A stretch of DNA of 63,985 nucleotides, the filler included, from Octopus bimaculoides (Eukaryota): assembly GCF_001194135.2 (NCBI RefSeq). It is 8 parts of 6 records of this genome, joined end to end, with 100 filler letters (N's around TTAATTAATTAA, not from the genome) between each part and the next. Parts side by side here need not be neighbours in the genome. Positions count along the whole stretch, not along the records: positions 1 to 18,980 come from NC_069003.1; 7 more parts are not named here. One strand, written 5' to 3'. Below are positions 1 to 12,890 of the stretch, piece after piece (position 1 is the first letter of the stretch; the number at the start of each line of letters is the position of its first letter). The notes under the pieces were generated by a model. That model was not told the DNA's origin. It saw only the letters and a program-made list of their open reading frames with translations, and did not search any database. The position numbers and the translations under genes are program-made.

Positions 1-359
1 TATATATATCGGTGGCAAAGGCTGACTTGGAAACCAGGGCATGCAGTCTATGATACAGGCCAATCATTGAGACAGAGAGTGGGGTAACGGACCCTTACTC
101 TCTCCACCCTTAAAAAGTTTTCGTTCTTCCCCCACCACCTCTGTCTATGAAAGTGATATGAAATAATTTTAATGTGAGAAAAGGCACTTCTACTAACCAG
201 CCACACTTTGGGTTTGATGCCTCTCTCCACTGGACTTGATGGTCCCCCATTAGCCTCCCATGATGTCTGTTATTGGTTACGAGAGAAATCAGAGAAAATA
301 ATAGAACCTACATATAAAGAGCTACTTAAAATTTATTTTTAAATCAGTTCAATCCTTCG

Positions 360-3260
360 TTTCGTTTTGGCAAATTCATCAATCATTTTGCTATAAAATG
401 TATCAGCACCACATTCTTTATCAAAAGGTCTTTATTCATAGAAATGAAGACCAAATTATTCAATCATTCTTCACTTTGAGAACACCTCATATGATTATTT
501 ATTTGCTTTAGTGAAGAAAGCAATTACTCACAGGAAGCAGATGTGGCAGGTACATTCAGAATTAGACAAAGTAATTTTGCTACTTTGGCCAGAGCTGGGT
601 TTAGTTCAAGCTCCCATATTATGTTTGTGATTTCTTGGATGCTTGACACATGCTTTGCTAAATCTGTTGCCTAAACTGATTTCTGATTGCACTTAAATCC
701 ATTTAATCCAAAGATGAAAATGCTTCCATTGAAAAGTCTTTCGTAAGTGTGAAAAAGCTTTGGATTCAACAATTCAACAAATCTGAACTCAAAGATTTTA
801 AGCAACAATATTTTAAATCTTTGATCACTGAGAACAATAACTTCATGGAAAATGTTGTTAAACAAAGTTCTTCAAACAGCTTCTGGTTCTTGATGTTGAC
901 TACGCTTCTCTGGTGATTCAGCAACACCATCCAGAACTCAGCAGTAAAATTCTTCAAGCTTGTTGATCTTGATATTGTTGTGAGCCCTACAATTCGAACC
1001 CTTTTCACCAAATTATCAGTTTACTATCATGACTGAGCCACAGTTGGGGCATGTGATCTTAACTTGAACACTATTTATTGGCCAATCAGTTTGTAAGAGA
1101 TCAGACTACCAGTTAGAACATCATTTCAAGTTTCCTTGAGATTCACACCCTTTTCTCTAGTTTAGCAGTTTAGCACTAAATCAACCAGAGCTCTCATATC
1201 ATTCAAAGAGAACATAACTCTGCTCTTGCCAAGGAAATCAAAGACAAAGTTTACATAAAATTTAGCAGTCTTGCATTTTGAAGATAACTAATGGCTGAGC
1301 TAAAATAGTTAAGTCGATTCCTATTTTCTAGTCTGTCTACAAGTGAGGATTTGATAATTTATGTATGTATTCATGTTCAGCCTTCCCTTAAATAAATCTG
1401 ATGTTAAATGTTTGTGAGTTTTGCTTCTGTTTGTAAAATACACAAAAAGGCTAATCTCACATCACAATTAATACATTTACACCTTACCATAAAAATAACA
1501 ACCAATAGTTTTCTGAAGTTCTCAACTTCATGAATACACCTCAATATATCAAGTAAACTTTTACAAAGAGTCGAAAATAGAATCTCATAGCCACTCAATA
1601 TGGTTAAACCACAAAAGAATTTAAAGTGAAAATCTTCTAAGATTTCAATGAATCACCTTGCAAATTCTAATTCTGAAGCATTCTAATCATCTGGATTTTC
1701 TAATATGGTTGAAAATAGCTCAGAAAACTCAGTAATTTTGTTGGATAAAATGGATAATTGTTGAGATGAATAATGCTTTAGGTAACTTTGGAAATTGCCT
1801 TCCAACAATTTCATTCAGTTGGGCTATTTGAGCCATTGACTTTGAGAAAAAAGTTGAAATTCCTTTCAAAGTTTGGAAGAAAATTCAACATTCATGAATA
1901 CTTAAAGCCAATTGAGAGAGTACCAAATTACGTGAATGTGCATAACAATGCAAAAATATGATGGTCATGCCAAAAATCTCCATTCAAATGCCCAGTCACC
2001 ATGCTCGCTCCATTATAAGTTTATGTGATGAATTTTTAGCAAAAGTTTTTCTGTCTTTACTGATATTGACATATCTCCAAAAACCTTTCTTGAGGCTTTT
2101 CCATCTCATCGACAAGTTGCAAAATGAGTAACAACTGAGATTTCAGTCAATGATCCATAATCTCATCAAACATAGCAGCAAGAAATAATGATTTTTTTTC
2201 AGTCATTGTCTTAATTTCGCCTTCAATTGTAGCAGGTTATACAATTAATGATCTCATTTTGAATATCCAAGTCCAGAAAAAGTGCAGTTGCCATTTTTCT
2301 TTGCAAAATTGAAATGTGATCTTCAACAATCACTGTATTCTGCTACTGCTTCACATATAAATTACCCTTATTGTTTTATTCTTGTTTCATCGTGTACCAT
2401 TGACAAACATGAGGTACCATCATGTTCCCAACAAAGACTACATGCACACATTATCCCACAGCCTCCCATCTTATAGCTATCCATCGCATACACTAGTATG
2501 GACATATCCTCCAGCTCCTACTAGATCATACTACTAGGGCTTTATGCTCATTCAATGAAGCAGCAATGGGCTGGAAGAGGCCTCGTACTGAACCCCATGC
2601 AAGATGGCTGGACATGATTAAGGAAGATCTCCAGAGGTTTGATATCACCTCAGAGGCTGCAGAGGAGCTGGAATGTGACTGCCAGCGATGGAGAGCACTG
2701 ACGGACATGGCTGGCTCTACATGCTATGATGCCTCTGGCACCACTAACTTGGAATGACCCCAGCCCAATGAACCAAGAGCATGAAGCAAATAAGAAGTAT
2801 TGTGTACTCCAAATGGTAATTCTTGATGCCAAAATTTCAATACAGTAAATTAACCTTTTCAATATATCATCATTTTTCTCTAATGATCTATTATGGAACT
2901 GAATAAAAGCCGCTTTCCAGTGACCAATCGCTGTATCAATTCATTGTCAGCCAAAGGTTTTCAGAGCAATTACGGAATTCAGATGGTTCTGAGATTTTTA
3001 TGTTTTGCCAGAGCTGTAATCAAATTGTGCAAATCACAGTAGCCAGTAGTCGTCCATGTGTTCTTATGCTGACAAAATAACAGACATGGGGAAACAGAAT
3101 AATTTGTTCAGAATGGGACATCTCATCACTCACTCATACTGTTCATAATAATTGGAATCAAAATAACGATGACATACCTTGTTGCCCACTCTGATTCTGA
3201 TTCACATTTCAAGCTTTGGCTTCTCTTTTTTGAGAATGATAATATTCTTCTTCTCTTTGA
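360..3260 (-). mobile_element. Degenerate hAT (Tip100/ZMYM1-like) transposase fossil, interrupted at 2398-2798
   Basis: Manual minus-strand translation across stops and frameshifts gives a TTF-type zinc finger (LFCFPCLLFCQHKNTWTTTGYCDLHN), QELPF/GHDE, FDEIMD..KSQL, TYNGASMVTGHLNG, HCYAH and a C-terminal dimerisation motif (PALAKVAKLLCLILNVPATSASCE). TIRs not identified. Confidence 0.9.
2398..2798 (+). mobile_element. 5'-truncated RTE LINE 3' end inserted into the hAT fossil
   Basis: Translates as YGHILQLLLDHTTRAL...GWKRPRTEPHARWLDMIKEDLQ...QRWRALT (RTE C-terminus). Flanked by an imperfect duplication ATCGTGTAC (2389-2397) / ATTGTGTAC (2799-2807). Confidence 0.85.
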
Positions 3261-3666
3261 AGCTTCTTGTTGCAAGGGAAAAGTAGAGAGGAAACCGAGC
3301 TAACCGACTCTATTGCCATCCTGGAGTTGAATGAAAGCATGAAAAATGTTACTGGGATATAATCTTTTTAAATGAATTAAAGTTTTATTCTGACAAAAGA
3401 ATTTAGATGCTAGTTTACTTTTTTATGTAACCTTTTTTTAAATAATTTTAAATATTTGAAATTAAATTTTAGAAGCATAGGTATCGATAAATGGATGAAA
3501 ACGTCACTTTTTTATCACAAAAAATTATCTTTGCCAGCTGCCTCCTTTCGTTCTAAGTGTGAATTAGTCAAGAAGAAAATTCTGGGTAGTGGTCACATGA
3601 ATGAATTCAGGTTTTAAGAAGGGATCAAGAATATTCTCCATGGGTTAAATAATTTGTAAAATGCAA

Positions 3667-4046
3667 GCGTGGCTGTGTGGTAAGAAGCTTGCTTCTCAAC
3701 CACATGGTTTTAGGTTCAGTATTATTGCATGGCACCTTGGGCAAGTGTCATATTATAGCCTCAAGCCTTGTGAATGGATTTGATAGACAGAAACTGAAAG
3801 AAGCCCAACACACACACGCACACATATATACCTACGTGTATGTGTATTTGTCTCCTACCACTGCTTGACAACCAGTCAAGGTGTGTTTACATAACTTAGC
3901 AGTTCAGCAAAAGAGAATGATAGAATAAGTACCTGGCTTTAAAAGAAATGTACTGGAGTCAATTCACTTGACTAAAAAATCTTCAAGATGGTGCCCCAGC
4001 ATGGTTGCAGTCTAATGATTGAAACAAGAAAAAGATAAAGGATAAA
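3667..4046 (+). mobile_element. tRNA-derived SINE, family A, full length
   Basis: A-box-like TGGCTGTGTGGT and B-box-like GGTTCAGT head, internal CA microsatellite, tail GGTGCCCCAGCATGG..GACTGAAACAAG-like. Many copies in this window. Confidence 0.9.
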
Positions 4047-4795
4047 ATATATATTCTTCAGTACTGGAAAAATAAACCAGAATCAGCAATAAAACAAACA
4101 TGCAAATTGATTAAACACCCATTTCTCATCTAAATCTCTCCACTATGAGGAAAGCTTTAAGTTCTTTGAATAAGGAAGTCTTTGATCTTAGTTGCACAGG
4201 GTAGTAAAAATATCAACACTTTAGAAGAAAATAGGTTGATAGCATGTTTGCTAGTTTAACATGAGTGGAAGGCAAACAGTAAAACTTCTACTTTCTCTCT
4301 CTTGACTCCCCACTCTTTTTGTTTTGTCTCCCTTTTTCACCTTCCTTCTCCAAGAGAATAATAGATTATGAAGAAAACAACACTCCTCCTTTTCCTAATT
4401 ATGATTGAAAGCAAGTAGAAAAAAATTCTGCTTTTTTCTGCCCTTCTCTCATTGACTTCCAACTCCTTTTGATTCTTTCTTTCCTGCTCCCTGCTTGAAG
4501 GGAAGGGGAAAGCAATTAACCCTCTGCTTTTCTTGCTAAGCAAACAGGATCTTTTTCTACTTACCCTTCTTAAATAATATGGATTGTTGATAATTCATAC
4601 TAAGAACTGAGGGTATGGGAAATATAAAAAAAATATCACGAGTACAATGAGGATGGTAAAAATTGTCGATAATTAATTTTATATCACACAAAAATTATTT
4701 ACTCTGGAATAAAAGTAAGGCATGCATTGCATACATACACCCTTCACCCCTGATATATGTATGTGTATATAATATATATATATATATATATTATA

Positions 4796-4998
4796 TGTTT
4801 GTGTGTCTGTGTTTGTCCCCCCAACATCGCTTGACAACCGATGGTGGTGTGTTTACATTCCCGTAACTTAGCGGTTCAGGAAAAGAGACCAATAGAATAA
4901 GTATAAGGCTTCCAAAGAATAAGTCCTGGGTCAATTTGCTCAACTAAAGGCGGTGCTCCAGCATGGCTGCAGTCAAATGACTGAAACAAGTATAAGAG
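4796..4998 (+). mobile_element. SINE family A, 3' half
   Basis: Matches the 3' half of the copy at 5171-5569. Confidence 0.9.
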
Positions 4999-5170
4999 CC
5001 CCCTGGTGTTGTGATTAGCCAGTGAACTTGTTAAAGAATATTTATTAGCAATGGAGGCAGTATTAATACCAAGAGATAATATTTATCCCCACTTAAATGT
5101 GGATGTCTCCTGAATTCTTTGTGGGTGTTTGTTTATACAGAATTCTACTGCTTCAAGTTCATATATATAT

Positions 5171-5569
5171 ATACTCTTACTCTTTACTCTTTTATTTGTT
5201 TCAGTCATTTGACTGCGGCCATGCTGGAGCACCGCCTTTAGTCGAATCAAATCGACCCCAGAACTTATTCTTTGTAAGCCTAGTACTTATTCTATCGGTC
5301 TCTTTTTGCCGAACTGCTAAGTTACGGGGACGTAAACACACTAGCATCAGTTGTCAAGCAATAGTGGGGGGACAAACACAGACACACAAACATACATATA
5401 TATATATACATATATATGACGGGCTTCTTTCAGTTTCCGTCTACCAAATCCACTCACAAGGCTTTGGTTGGCTCGAGGCTATAGTAGAAGACACTTGCCC
5501 AAGGTGCCACGCAGTGGGACTGAACCCGGAACCATGTGGTTGGTAAGCAAATTACTTACCACACAGCCA
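5171..5569 (-). mobile_element. SINE family A, full length, little diverged
   Basis: Complete head, body and (AAGAGT)-type tail on the minus strand; closely matches 60572-60972. Confidence 0.92.
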
Positions 5570-5813
5570 GAATATTTGTGCAGAGATTAGTTACATCAAA
5601 GCTAACTAGTAATATCTCTTTATCTACCTGTTCTGGAATATGGTTTCAGAAGTCCATGTCATCTCTGATGAAACTGGGAACTAATCTGCATAAAGGTTAT
5701 ATAGCAACATTAAAGGCTTGTGGGCAAATCAAGTACTGGACCTTATAGTCTTATTTATTGTTATTCATTGACAGCAAGTCATGGCATACATAGATCAGAA
5801 TGATCCCCTAGAC

Positions 5814-6092
5814 CAGGGGTTTTCAAACTGTGGTCCGCAAGGACAAGACAGGGGGTCCATAGACAGCAAATACTTTTTATGGGCAATTTCATTTTATATA
5901 TGTTTTTTAATCGAAATCTTTTAATTGACAAGAAACCTATTTGTTAAATACTGTTAAATAAATAAATGTAAAAATATATGTTATTTTAAGCAAATATTTA
6001 TGTATAAATTTCATAAGCGTTTATAAGGGGGTCCCTAAGGTAAAGCCTGAAATATAAAGGAGTCCGCAAGTCAAAAAGTTTGAAAACCCCTG
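5814..6092. mobile_element. hAT (Charlie-like) MITE, 279 bp
   Basis: Perfect 16-bp TIR CAGGGGTTTTCAAACT / AGTTTGAAAACCCCTG; perfect 8-bp TSD CCCTAGAC at 5806-5813 and 6093-6100. Confidence 0.95.
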
Positions 6093-6499
6093 CCCTAGAC
6101 CAGCGTGCCTCTGTTTACATACGTGTTCCTTTGTCTTGACATTATGTCATGATTATATACAGGCCTCATTATCATATGTGATGTTGTTTGTTTCCAGCCA
6201 TCATTATCATCATCATCATCATCATCATTGTTTAATATCTGTCCAGAAGAGTTGCAGGAGATTCTGAAACTGTCTGGAGGCTCTGGTTGAAGCCAATGGC
6301 GATTTTGTTGAATAAATTTACTCTTTAGTATTTCAAGATGTTTTTATGTAATTTTGGTAAATGTATTTGCTAGAATGAGATGTCAGTGTTATTTTCATTT
6401 TTACATAATTCAGACAACAGTTTATTCACCACACCCTGTATGTATGTGTCTGTGTGTGCGTGTGTAAGGGGTTAGTCCAGACTATTGTTTAAGTAGCAC

Positions 6500-6692
6500 A
6501 GGACCAGTTTCTCTGGCATATATATTTCTTCCTGGTCAGGACGCCAAACTGTTGCGAGGTTACCCATTTGCAGCTGAGTCGACTGGAGCAACATGAAATG
6601 AAGTCTTTTGCTCAAGAACACAATGCATCGCCCAGTCCAGGAAATGAAACCACAATCTTATGATCCTGAGTACAACACCCTAACCACTAACC
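6500..6692 (-). mobile_element. tRNA-derived SINE, family B
   Basis: Minus-strand head GGTTAGTGGTTAGGGTGTTG, then TTGTGTTCTTGAGCAA..CTCCAGTCGACTCAGCTG; homologous to 19986-20255. Confidence 0.75.
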
Positions 6693-6721
6693 CATGTCCT
6701 TCCATATATATATATATATAT

Positions 6722-6868
6722 ATTACACTCTCTGAGTGGTTGGCGTTAGGAAGGGCATCCAGTTGTAGAAACTCTGCCAAATCAGATTGTAGCCTGGTGT
6801 TGCCATCCGGTTTCACCAGTCCTCAGTCAAATCGTCCAACCCATGCTAGCATGGAAAGCGGAGGTTAA

Positions 6869-6900
<32 letters not shown>
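6722..6900 (+). mobile_element. RTE-type 3' UTR/tail fragment ending in (GAT)n
   Basis: TTGGCGTTAGGAAGGGCATCCAG...CCATGCTAGCATGGAAAGCGG..TTAAATGATGATG; shared with 7694-8159, 11460-11638 and 63623-63985; a related tail ends the RTE at 16779-18470. Confidence 0.75.
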
Positions 6901-6929
<29 letters not shown>

Positions 6930-7693
6930 CATAATTGTAATACCATATTATAATATAACTCTAATATACATTTAACCCTATTAGCATTCTGTAGGAAATT
7001 ACTACTTATATCATTAAGTAATTAAATCAAATTACACTCATCAAAAATGTTATATCATTATTGTAGATTATTATTTAATGACAATAATCACAAATGTCAT
7101 CAGTCTAGCACCAAAAAGGTTAATATTATTTCGACTGATCTTGCAAATATAACTTTAAATAATGAACATTCCTACACATGTAGCAAGCTTAATGTCTCAT
7201 TAAGTTATATCTATAAATTATCTAACCACCCTCAATCTATAATTAGGAATTTAGTTGAGAAGATATGCTTGAGAATTTCTAACAAACTAGCAAAACAAGT
7301 CATATTTTCAATGATTATTTCCAGTATTATAATGAAACATTACATTATATAAGAACAATAATAAACAAAATAAAAATATATATATATATAGTGCTTGTGT
7401 TTGTTTGGCAAGAAAAAAAATGAACATCCCAAAATATATATATGTATGTATANNNNNNNNNNNNNNNNNNNNNNNNNNNNNNNNNNNNNNNNNNNNNNNN
7501 NNNNNNNNNNNNNNNNNNNNNNNNNNNNNNNNNNNNNNNNNNNNNNNNNNNNNNNNNNNNNNNNNNNNNNNNNNNNNNNNNNNNNNNNNNNNNNNNNNNN
7601 NNNNNNNNNNNNNNNNNNNNNNNNNNNNNNNNNNNNNNNNNNNNNNNNNNNNNNNNNNNNNNNNNNNNNNNNNNNNNNNNNNNNNNNNNNNNN

Positions 7694-8159
7694 TAGTGAC
7701 CGAGACCTTTAGTGAAATGCTGTGCTTGAGAAGACCTGTTAAGCCAAGTGAAATTGCAGTTGTGGCTGATGGTGGTGTCACATTACCTGCACCCGTGCAG
7801 CTGGCATGTAATAAGCACATTTCGAGCATTGATCCGCACGGAGCCAAAGTGGTTGAGCTCCTTTTGAATGTTGGGCCTCACAGGGGCAATGACCAAGACC
7901 TTTGGCATTATGTTGTGCTTGAGAAGAAGACCCATCAAGCCAAGTAAAACCACAGTCATGGCAGATACCAGTGTCACGTGAATGGCACGTAAAAGCACCC
8001 ATTACACTCTTGGAATGATTGGCGTTAGGAAGGGTATCCAGCCATAGAAACCATGCCAAAACAGACTGGAGTCTGGTGCAGTCCTCCAGCTTGTCAGCTT
8101 TAGTTAAACTGTCCAACCCATGCCAGCATGGACAATGATCATTAAATGATGATGATGAT
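7694..8159 (+). mobile_element. RTE-type 3' UTR with internal diverged tandem units
   Basis: Two copies of GACCTTT..GTGCTTGAGAAGA..AAGCCAAGT..GTGTCAC followed by the same tail as 6722-6900. Confidence 0.7.
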
Positions 8160-8183
8160 ATGTGTGTGTGTGTGTAGGTATAT

Positions 8184-8185
<2 letters not shown>

Positions 8186-8251
<66 letters not shown>

Positions 8252-8258
8252 AATAATG

Positions 8259-8320
<62 letters not shown>
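8186..8320 (+). repeat. Compound (GAT)n(AAT)n microsatellite
   Basis: Directly visible. Confidence 0.98.
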
Positions 8321-8321
<1 letters not shown>

Positions 8322-9150
8322 GAAGGGTTTATCATAGCAGCCCAAGATTAATGCCTACCTACAAGGAGCTACCAGCCAACATATTAAAGAATGGCAGTAG
8401 CCCAACATGTCGTGTATGTAAACAACAAAATGAAACCATCAATCATGTTGTCTCCATGTGCAGTCTTCTTCTGCCTGCAGAGTATCTCAAAAGGCATGAT
8501 AGAGCAGCACAATGTATTCACTGGGTAATCTGCAAAAACTTGGACCTGATCACTATAAAAACTGGTGGGAACACAAACCACCTTCAGTGCTTGAAAATGA
8601 TCACATCTCACTCCTCTGGAACTTCACCATTCAAACTGACAGAAAGATAGATGCAAATAAGCCAGATATTATATTGAAAGACTTCAGACAAAAATCATGC
8701 CTCCTCATTGATATGACTGTCCCAATCGATATAAACGTATCTGTCAAGACCTACCAAAAACTGAGCTAGTATAAAGACCTTGAAATAGAAATTAGCAAAA
8801 TGTGGAACCTCAAGACTAAAACAATACCTGTTGTCATAGGTGCCCTAGGAATGATAGCAAAAGGGGCTGATTGCTACCTAGCTCAGATACCAGGAAATCC
8901 AAACGTCACAGAAATTCAAAAAATAGTATTCATGGGAAGTGCTCATATCTTACACAAAATACTGTCTGTAATCTCAAATTTTAAAACAAACTTATAATTT
9001 TCTTGTTTTCTTAAACCTTCTCTAGAACAATACTTTGTGCAAAACCAAATATATGCTACCCTAATCATGACACCAACTTGAACTTCTAACTTGTCTCTTG
9101 ACATCTCTGGGTGAGACTTTGAGTCAACAAGTACAAAGCAAAAGTCAAAC
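8321..9150 (+). mobile_element. R4/Dong-clade non-LTR retrotransposon 3' end (CCHC knuckle + RLE endonuclease)
   Basis: CRVCKQQNETINHVVSMC, RHD, KPDIILKD..LIDMTVP, K..YKDL, IPVVIGALG, then 3' UTR. (AAT)n on both sides. Confidence 0.92.
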
Positions 9151-9343
9151 ATATAATAATAATAACAATAATTCTCGGATGGAATTTACAAACATTTAAT
9201 GCATTGCTATGACAGCTCAATGCAACTCTGAAAAACTGGTTCACCAGTCAGCATTATTAGACTGTGGCCAGCATAAGAGAATAGGAGCTTCATTTGCTTA
9301 TTCAAAACATTCCCCATAAACAAATTTAAAAGACAGGTGCAGA

Positions 9344-9497
9344 TTTGGCTGTGTTGTAAGAAGATTGCTTCCTATCCACATGGTTCCGAGTTCAGTCCCA
9401 CTGCATAGCACCTCGGTGTCTTCTACGACAGCCTTGGGCTAACCAAAGACTTGTGAGTGGATTTGGTACACAGAAACTGAAAGAAGCCCATTGTATA
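9344..9497 (+). mobile_element. SINE family A, 5' half
   Basis: Head homologous to 3667-3810. Confidence 0.85.
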
Positions 9498-11118
9498 TAT
9501 ATATGTATATATATAATAATATTAGGGACAAAATCCAAAATTACAGGTAAAAACTCAATTAAAATCAATTTATAAAAAATTTTAATTAAATTGAGCTTTA
9601 TAGATTAAAATATATAGTTTTAGGGAAAATAACCAAGTTTCAAGAACTCATCGATGAAAATCCACTATCACATATAGAAAAATTAATAATTAAAAGCACA
9701 ATANNNNNNNNNNNNNNNNNNNNNNNNNNNNNNNNNNNNNNNNNNNNNNNNNNNNNNNNNNNNNNNNNNNNNNNNNNNNNNNNNNNNNNNNNNNNNNNNN
9801 NNNNNNNNNNNNNNNNNNNNNNNNNNNNNNNNNNNNNNNNNNNNNNNNNNNNNNNNNNNNNNNNNNNNNNNNNNNNNNNNNNNNNNNNNNNNNNNNNNNN
9901 NNNNNNNNNNNNNNNNNNNNNNNNNNNNNNNNNNNNNNNNNNNNNNNNNNNNNNNNNNNNNNNNNNNNNNNNNNNNNNNNNNNNNNNNNNNNNNNNNNNN
10001 NNNNNNNNNNNNNNNNNNNNNNNNNNNNNNNNNNNNNNNNNNNNNNNNNNNNNNNNNNNNNNNNNNNNNNNNNNNNNNNNNNNNNNNNNNNNNNNNNNNN
10101 NNNNNNNNNNNNNNNNNNNNNNNNNNNNNNNNNNNNNNNNNNNNNNNNNNNNNNNNNNNNNNNNNNNNNNNNNNNNNNNNNNNNNNNNNNNNNNNNNNNN
10201 NNNNNNNNNNNNNNNNNNNNNNNNNNNNNNNNNNNNNNNNNNNNNNNNNNNNNNNNNNNNNNNNNNNNNNNNNNNNNNNNNNNNNNNNNNNNNNNNNNNN
10301 NNNNNNNNNNNNNNNNNNNNNNNNNNNNNNNNNNNNNNNNNNNNNNNNNNNNNNNNNNNNNNNNNNNNNNNNNNNNNNNNNNNNNNNNNNNNNAAGGAGT
10401 AAATGTTGTTAGGTACACTGTGTGTATGTATGATTTTCTCACATGAGAATCTTCTCTCTCTCTCTCTCTCTCAACACACACACAAATACACATTGATATG
10501 GATTAAAGATCATTAAAATTCTTATAAACAAGGATTTAGAAATATGTGGTATTGTTATCAAAAATCTTCCAAAATTATATATTTGACCTTTAACCTTCAG
10601 CCATTGACATGCATGGGGTATTTTTCCATTTTTTGTTTTTTTCCTTTTTTTTTTTCTTTTTCTTTTTTTCTTTCATCATCTGTGAGTGATTCATTGTATT
10701 GCTGGCAGCTTCAGAAATGGTGTGTCCCCTAGGACTGAGACCACTCCTTTGGAACCAATAGAGGAAGCTATAAGACATTTTCATTTCCTCTCTCTCACTC
10801 ACACACACACACACACACATGTCAATCCTTCAGCCTTCAACCACTTTGGTCCCTCACTTCAGCATACAAGCACCTCCACTTAACTCACCCACTCACCTCC
10901 ACCTCCATCTCCATTAACACCATCAACATCACCACTACCATCTTCAACCACAACATGTATCAGTCCACATCTGTGTCAATCTCCCCCCCCCCACTACACA
11001 CCCTCTTCTATTCACACCCTTCCACCTGTTGCTCACTTGTACCCAAAGCATTTCTTCCTAACCCATTCCTATATTCTAATCAGTCAATGAGTGCATATTC
11101 CTGTATGTGTATACAAAT

Positions 11119-11340
11119 ATTCTTTTACTTCATTCAGACATTTCACTGTGGCCATGCTGGAGCACTGCCCTGAAGAATTTTAGTGGAATAAATTGACCCC
11201 ATTACTTTTTTATTTTTTAAGCCTACTATTTATTCTATCAATCTCTTAAAATGAACCACTAAGTTGCAGGGACATAAACACACCTACACCAGTTGCCAAG
11301 TGGTGATGGGGCAACAAACACAGACACAAATACACACATA
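11119..11340 (-). mobile_element. SINE family A, 3' half
   Basis: CATGCTGGAGCAC..GACAAACACAGACAC homology to other copies. Confidence 0.8.
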
Positions 11341-11459
11341 CATAGATAAATGCATACACACACACACATTGTAAAAAAAGTTCGTTTTTTGTGCTTTGTT
11401 TATGTTCCCGTTCCTTTTTTGTCCACGTTTTTTTGACGTCCCGTACCCATACATGTCTG

Positions 11460-11587
11460 CTTACAAAGAAATGTTATCTTGCTTGGAAGCAGCTGCTGGT
11501 TGGTGACAGGAAGAGCATCCGGCTGGAGAAAATACACCTCAACAAATTCCACCCAACTCATATGAACATGGAAAAGTGGATGTTAAA

Positions 11588-11638
<51 letters not shown>
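11460..11638 (+). mobile_element. RTE-type tail fragment with (GAT)n
   Basis: GTTGGTGACAGGAAGAGCATCCGG...CATGGAAAAGTGGATGTTAAAATGATGATG. Confidence 0.7.
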
Positions 11639-11641
11639 TAT

Positions 11642-12048
11642 GCAGCTGTGTGGTAAGAAGCTGCTTCTGAAACACATAGCTGTAGGTTCAGTCCCACTGT
11701 GTGGCACCTTGGGCAAGTGTCTTCTACTATAGCCTTGGGCTGACCAAAACCTTGTAAGTGGATCTGGCAGATGGAAACTAGAAGTCTGTCGTATGTGTGT
11801 GTGTATCTGTGTTTGTCCCCCTCCCACACACACACACACATCACTTGACAACCGGTGTTGGTGTGTTTACATCCCTGTACCTTAGTAGTTCAGCAAAAAT
11901 GACTGACAGAATAAACACTAGGCTTAGCAAAAAAAAAAAATTAATAAATAATTAAGTACCGAGGTACATTCATTCAACTAACAATCCTTCAAGACGGTGC
12001 CCCAGCATGGCCACAGTCTAATGACTGAAACAAATAACTGATACAAGA
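11642..12048 (+). mobile_element. SINE family A, full length
   Basis: Head-to-tail homology with the other copies. Confidence 0.88.
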
Positions 12049-12054
12049 TATATA

Positions 12055-12293
12055 CAGTAATGCCTCGATATACATGTTAATTTGTTCCTGGAGATTGCTC
12101 ATAAAGTAAATTAATTTCACATTATAGCAATGAAATTTTATGCCGTCATTTTACTTTGTCACTGTGTAGACACTTCAGAACCAGTGTTGCCACATGTTGT
12201 GACATTGCCACATGCACAAAATGGCTATTTAACCTTTTTATATTTATTATAAAATAAAACTCGTAAACCCAAGGTCTTGTAAAGCAGGTATTA

Positions 12294-12296
<3 letters not shown>
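12055..12296. mobile_element. pogo/Tigger-like MITE, 242 bp
   Basis: TA-CAGTAATGCCT... and ...AGGTATTACTG-TA: imperfect TIRs with a TA TSD. Confidence 0.75.
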
Positions 12297-12324
<28 letters not shown>

Positions 12325-12424
12325 NNNNNNNNNNNNNNNNNNNNNNNNNNNNNNNNNNNNNNNNNNNNNNNNNNNNNNNNNNNNNNNNNNNNNNNNNNNN
12401 NNNNNNNNNNNNNNNNNNNNNNNN

Positions 12425-12542
12425 GGCTTTGGTTGGCCCAAGGCTATAGTAGAAGACACTTGCCTAAGGTGCCAAGCAGTGGGACTGGACTCAGAACCAT
12501 GTGGTTTGGAAGCAGGGATTCTTACCAAACAGCCACACCTGC
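12425..12542 (-). mobile_element. SINE family A, 5' part (rest in gap)
   Basis: Homology to the family A head. Confidence 0.85.
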
Positions 12543-12639
12543 ATCTATGAATAGGAATTCAAATACACTCAAACTAACAAGTCAACACTCCTCAAAGACA
12601 TTAGAAAACAGGGAAACATTTACCATGGTACCACTGCTG

Positions 12640-12890
12640 CTACCCTACCTCCCCACTATCATCACTCCCACCACCACCACCATAATCACTACCACTACCA
12701 TCAATACCACCACCACCAACAACAACATCAACATCATTGTGAACACCATTGACAGCCCCACAACCATTACCACTATCACCACCACCACCATCAATACCAG
12801 CACCAGCACCACCACCACCACAACCATTACCACCATCATACCCCACCACCGCCACCACCTTCATTATAACCATCACCACTAATAACATGA
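12640..12890 (+). repeat. Degenerate (ACC/ATC)n low-complexity tract
   Basis: Directly visible; source of the spurious Thr/His-rich ORFs. Confidence 0.9.
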
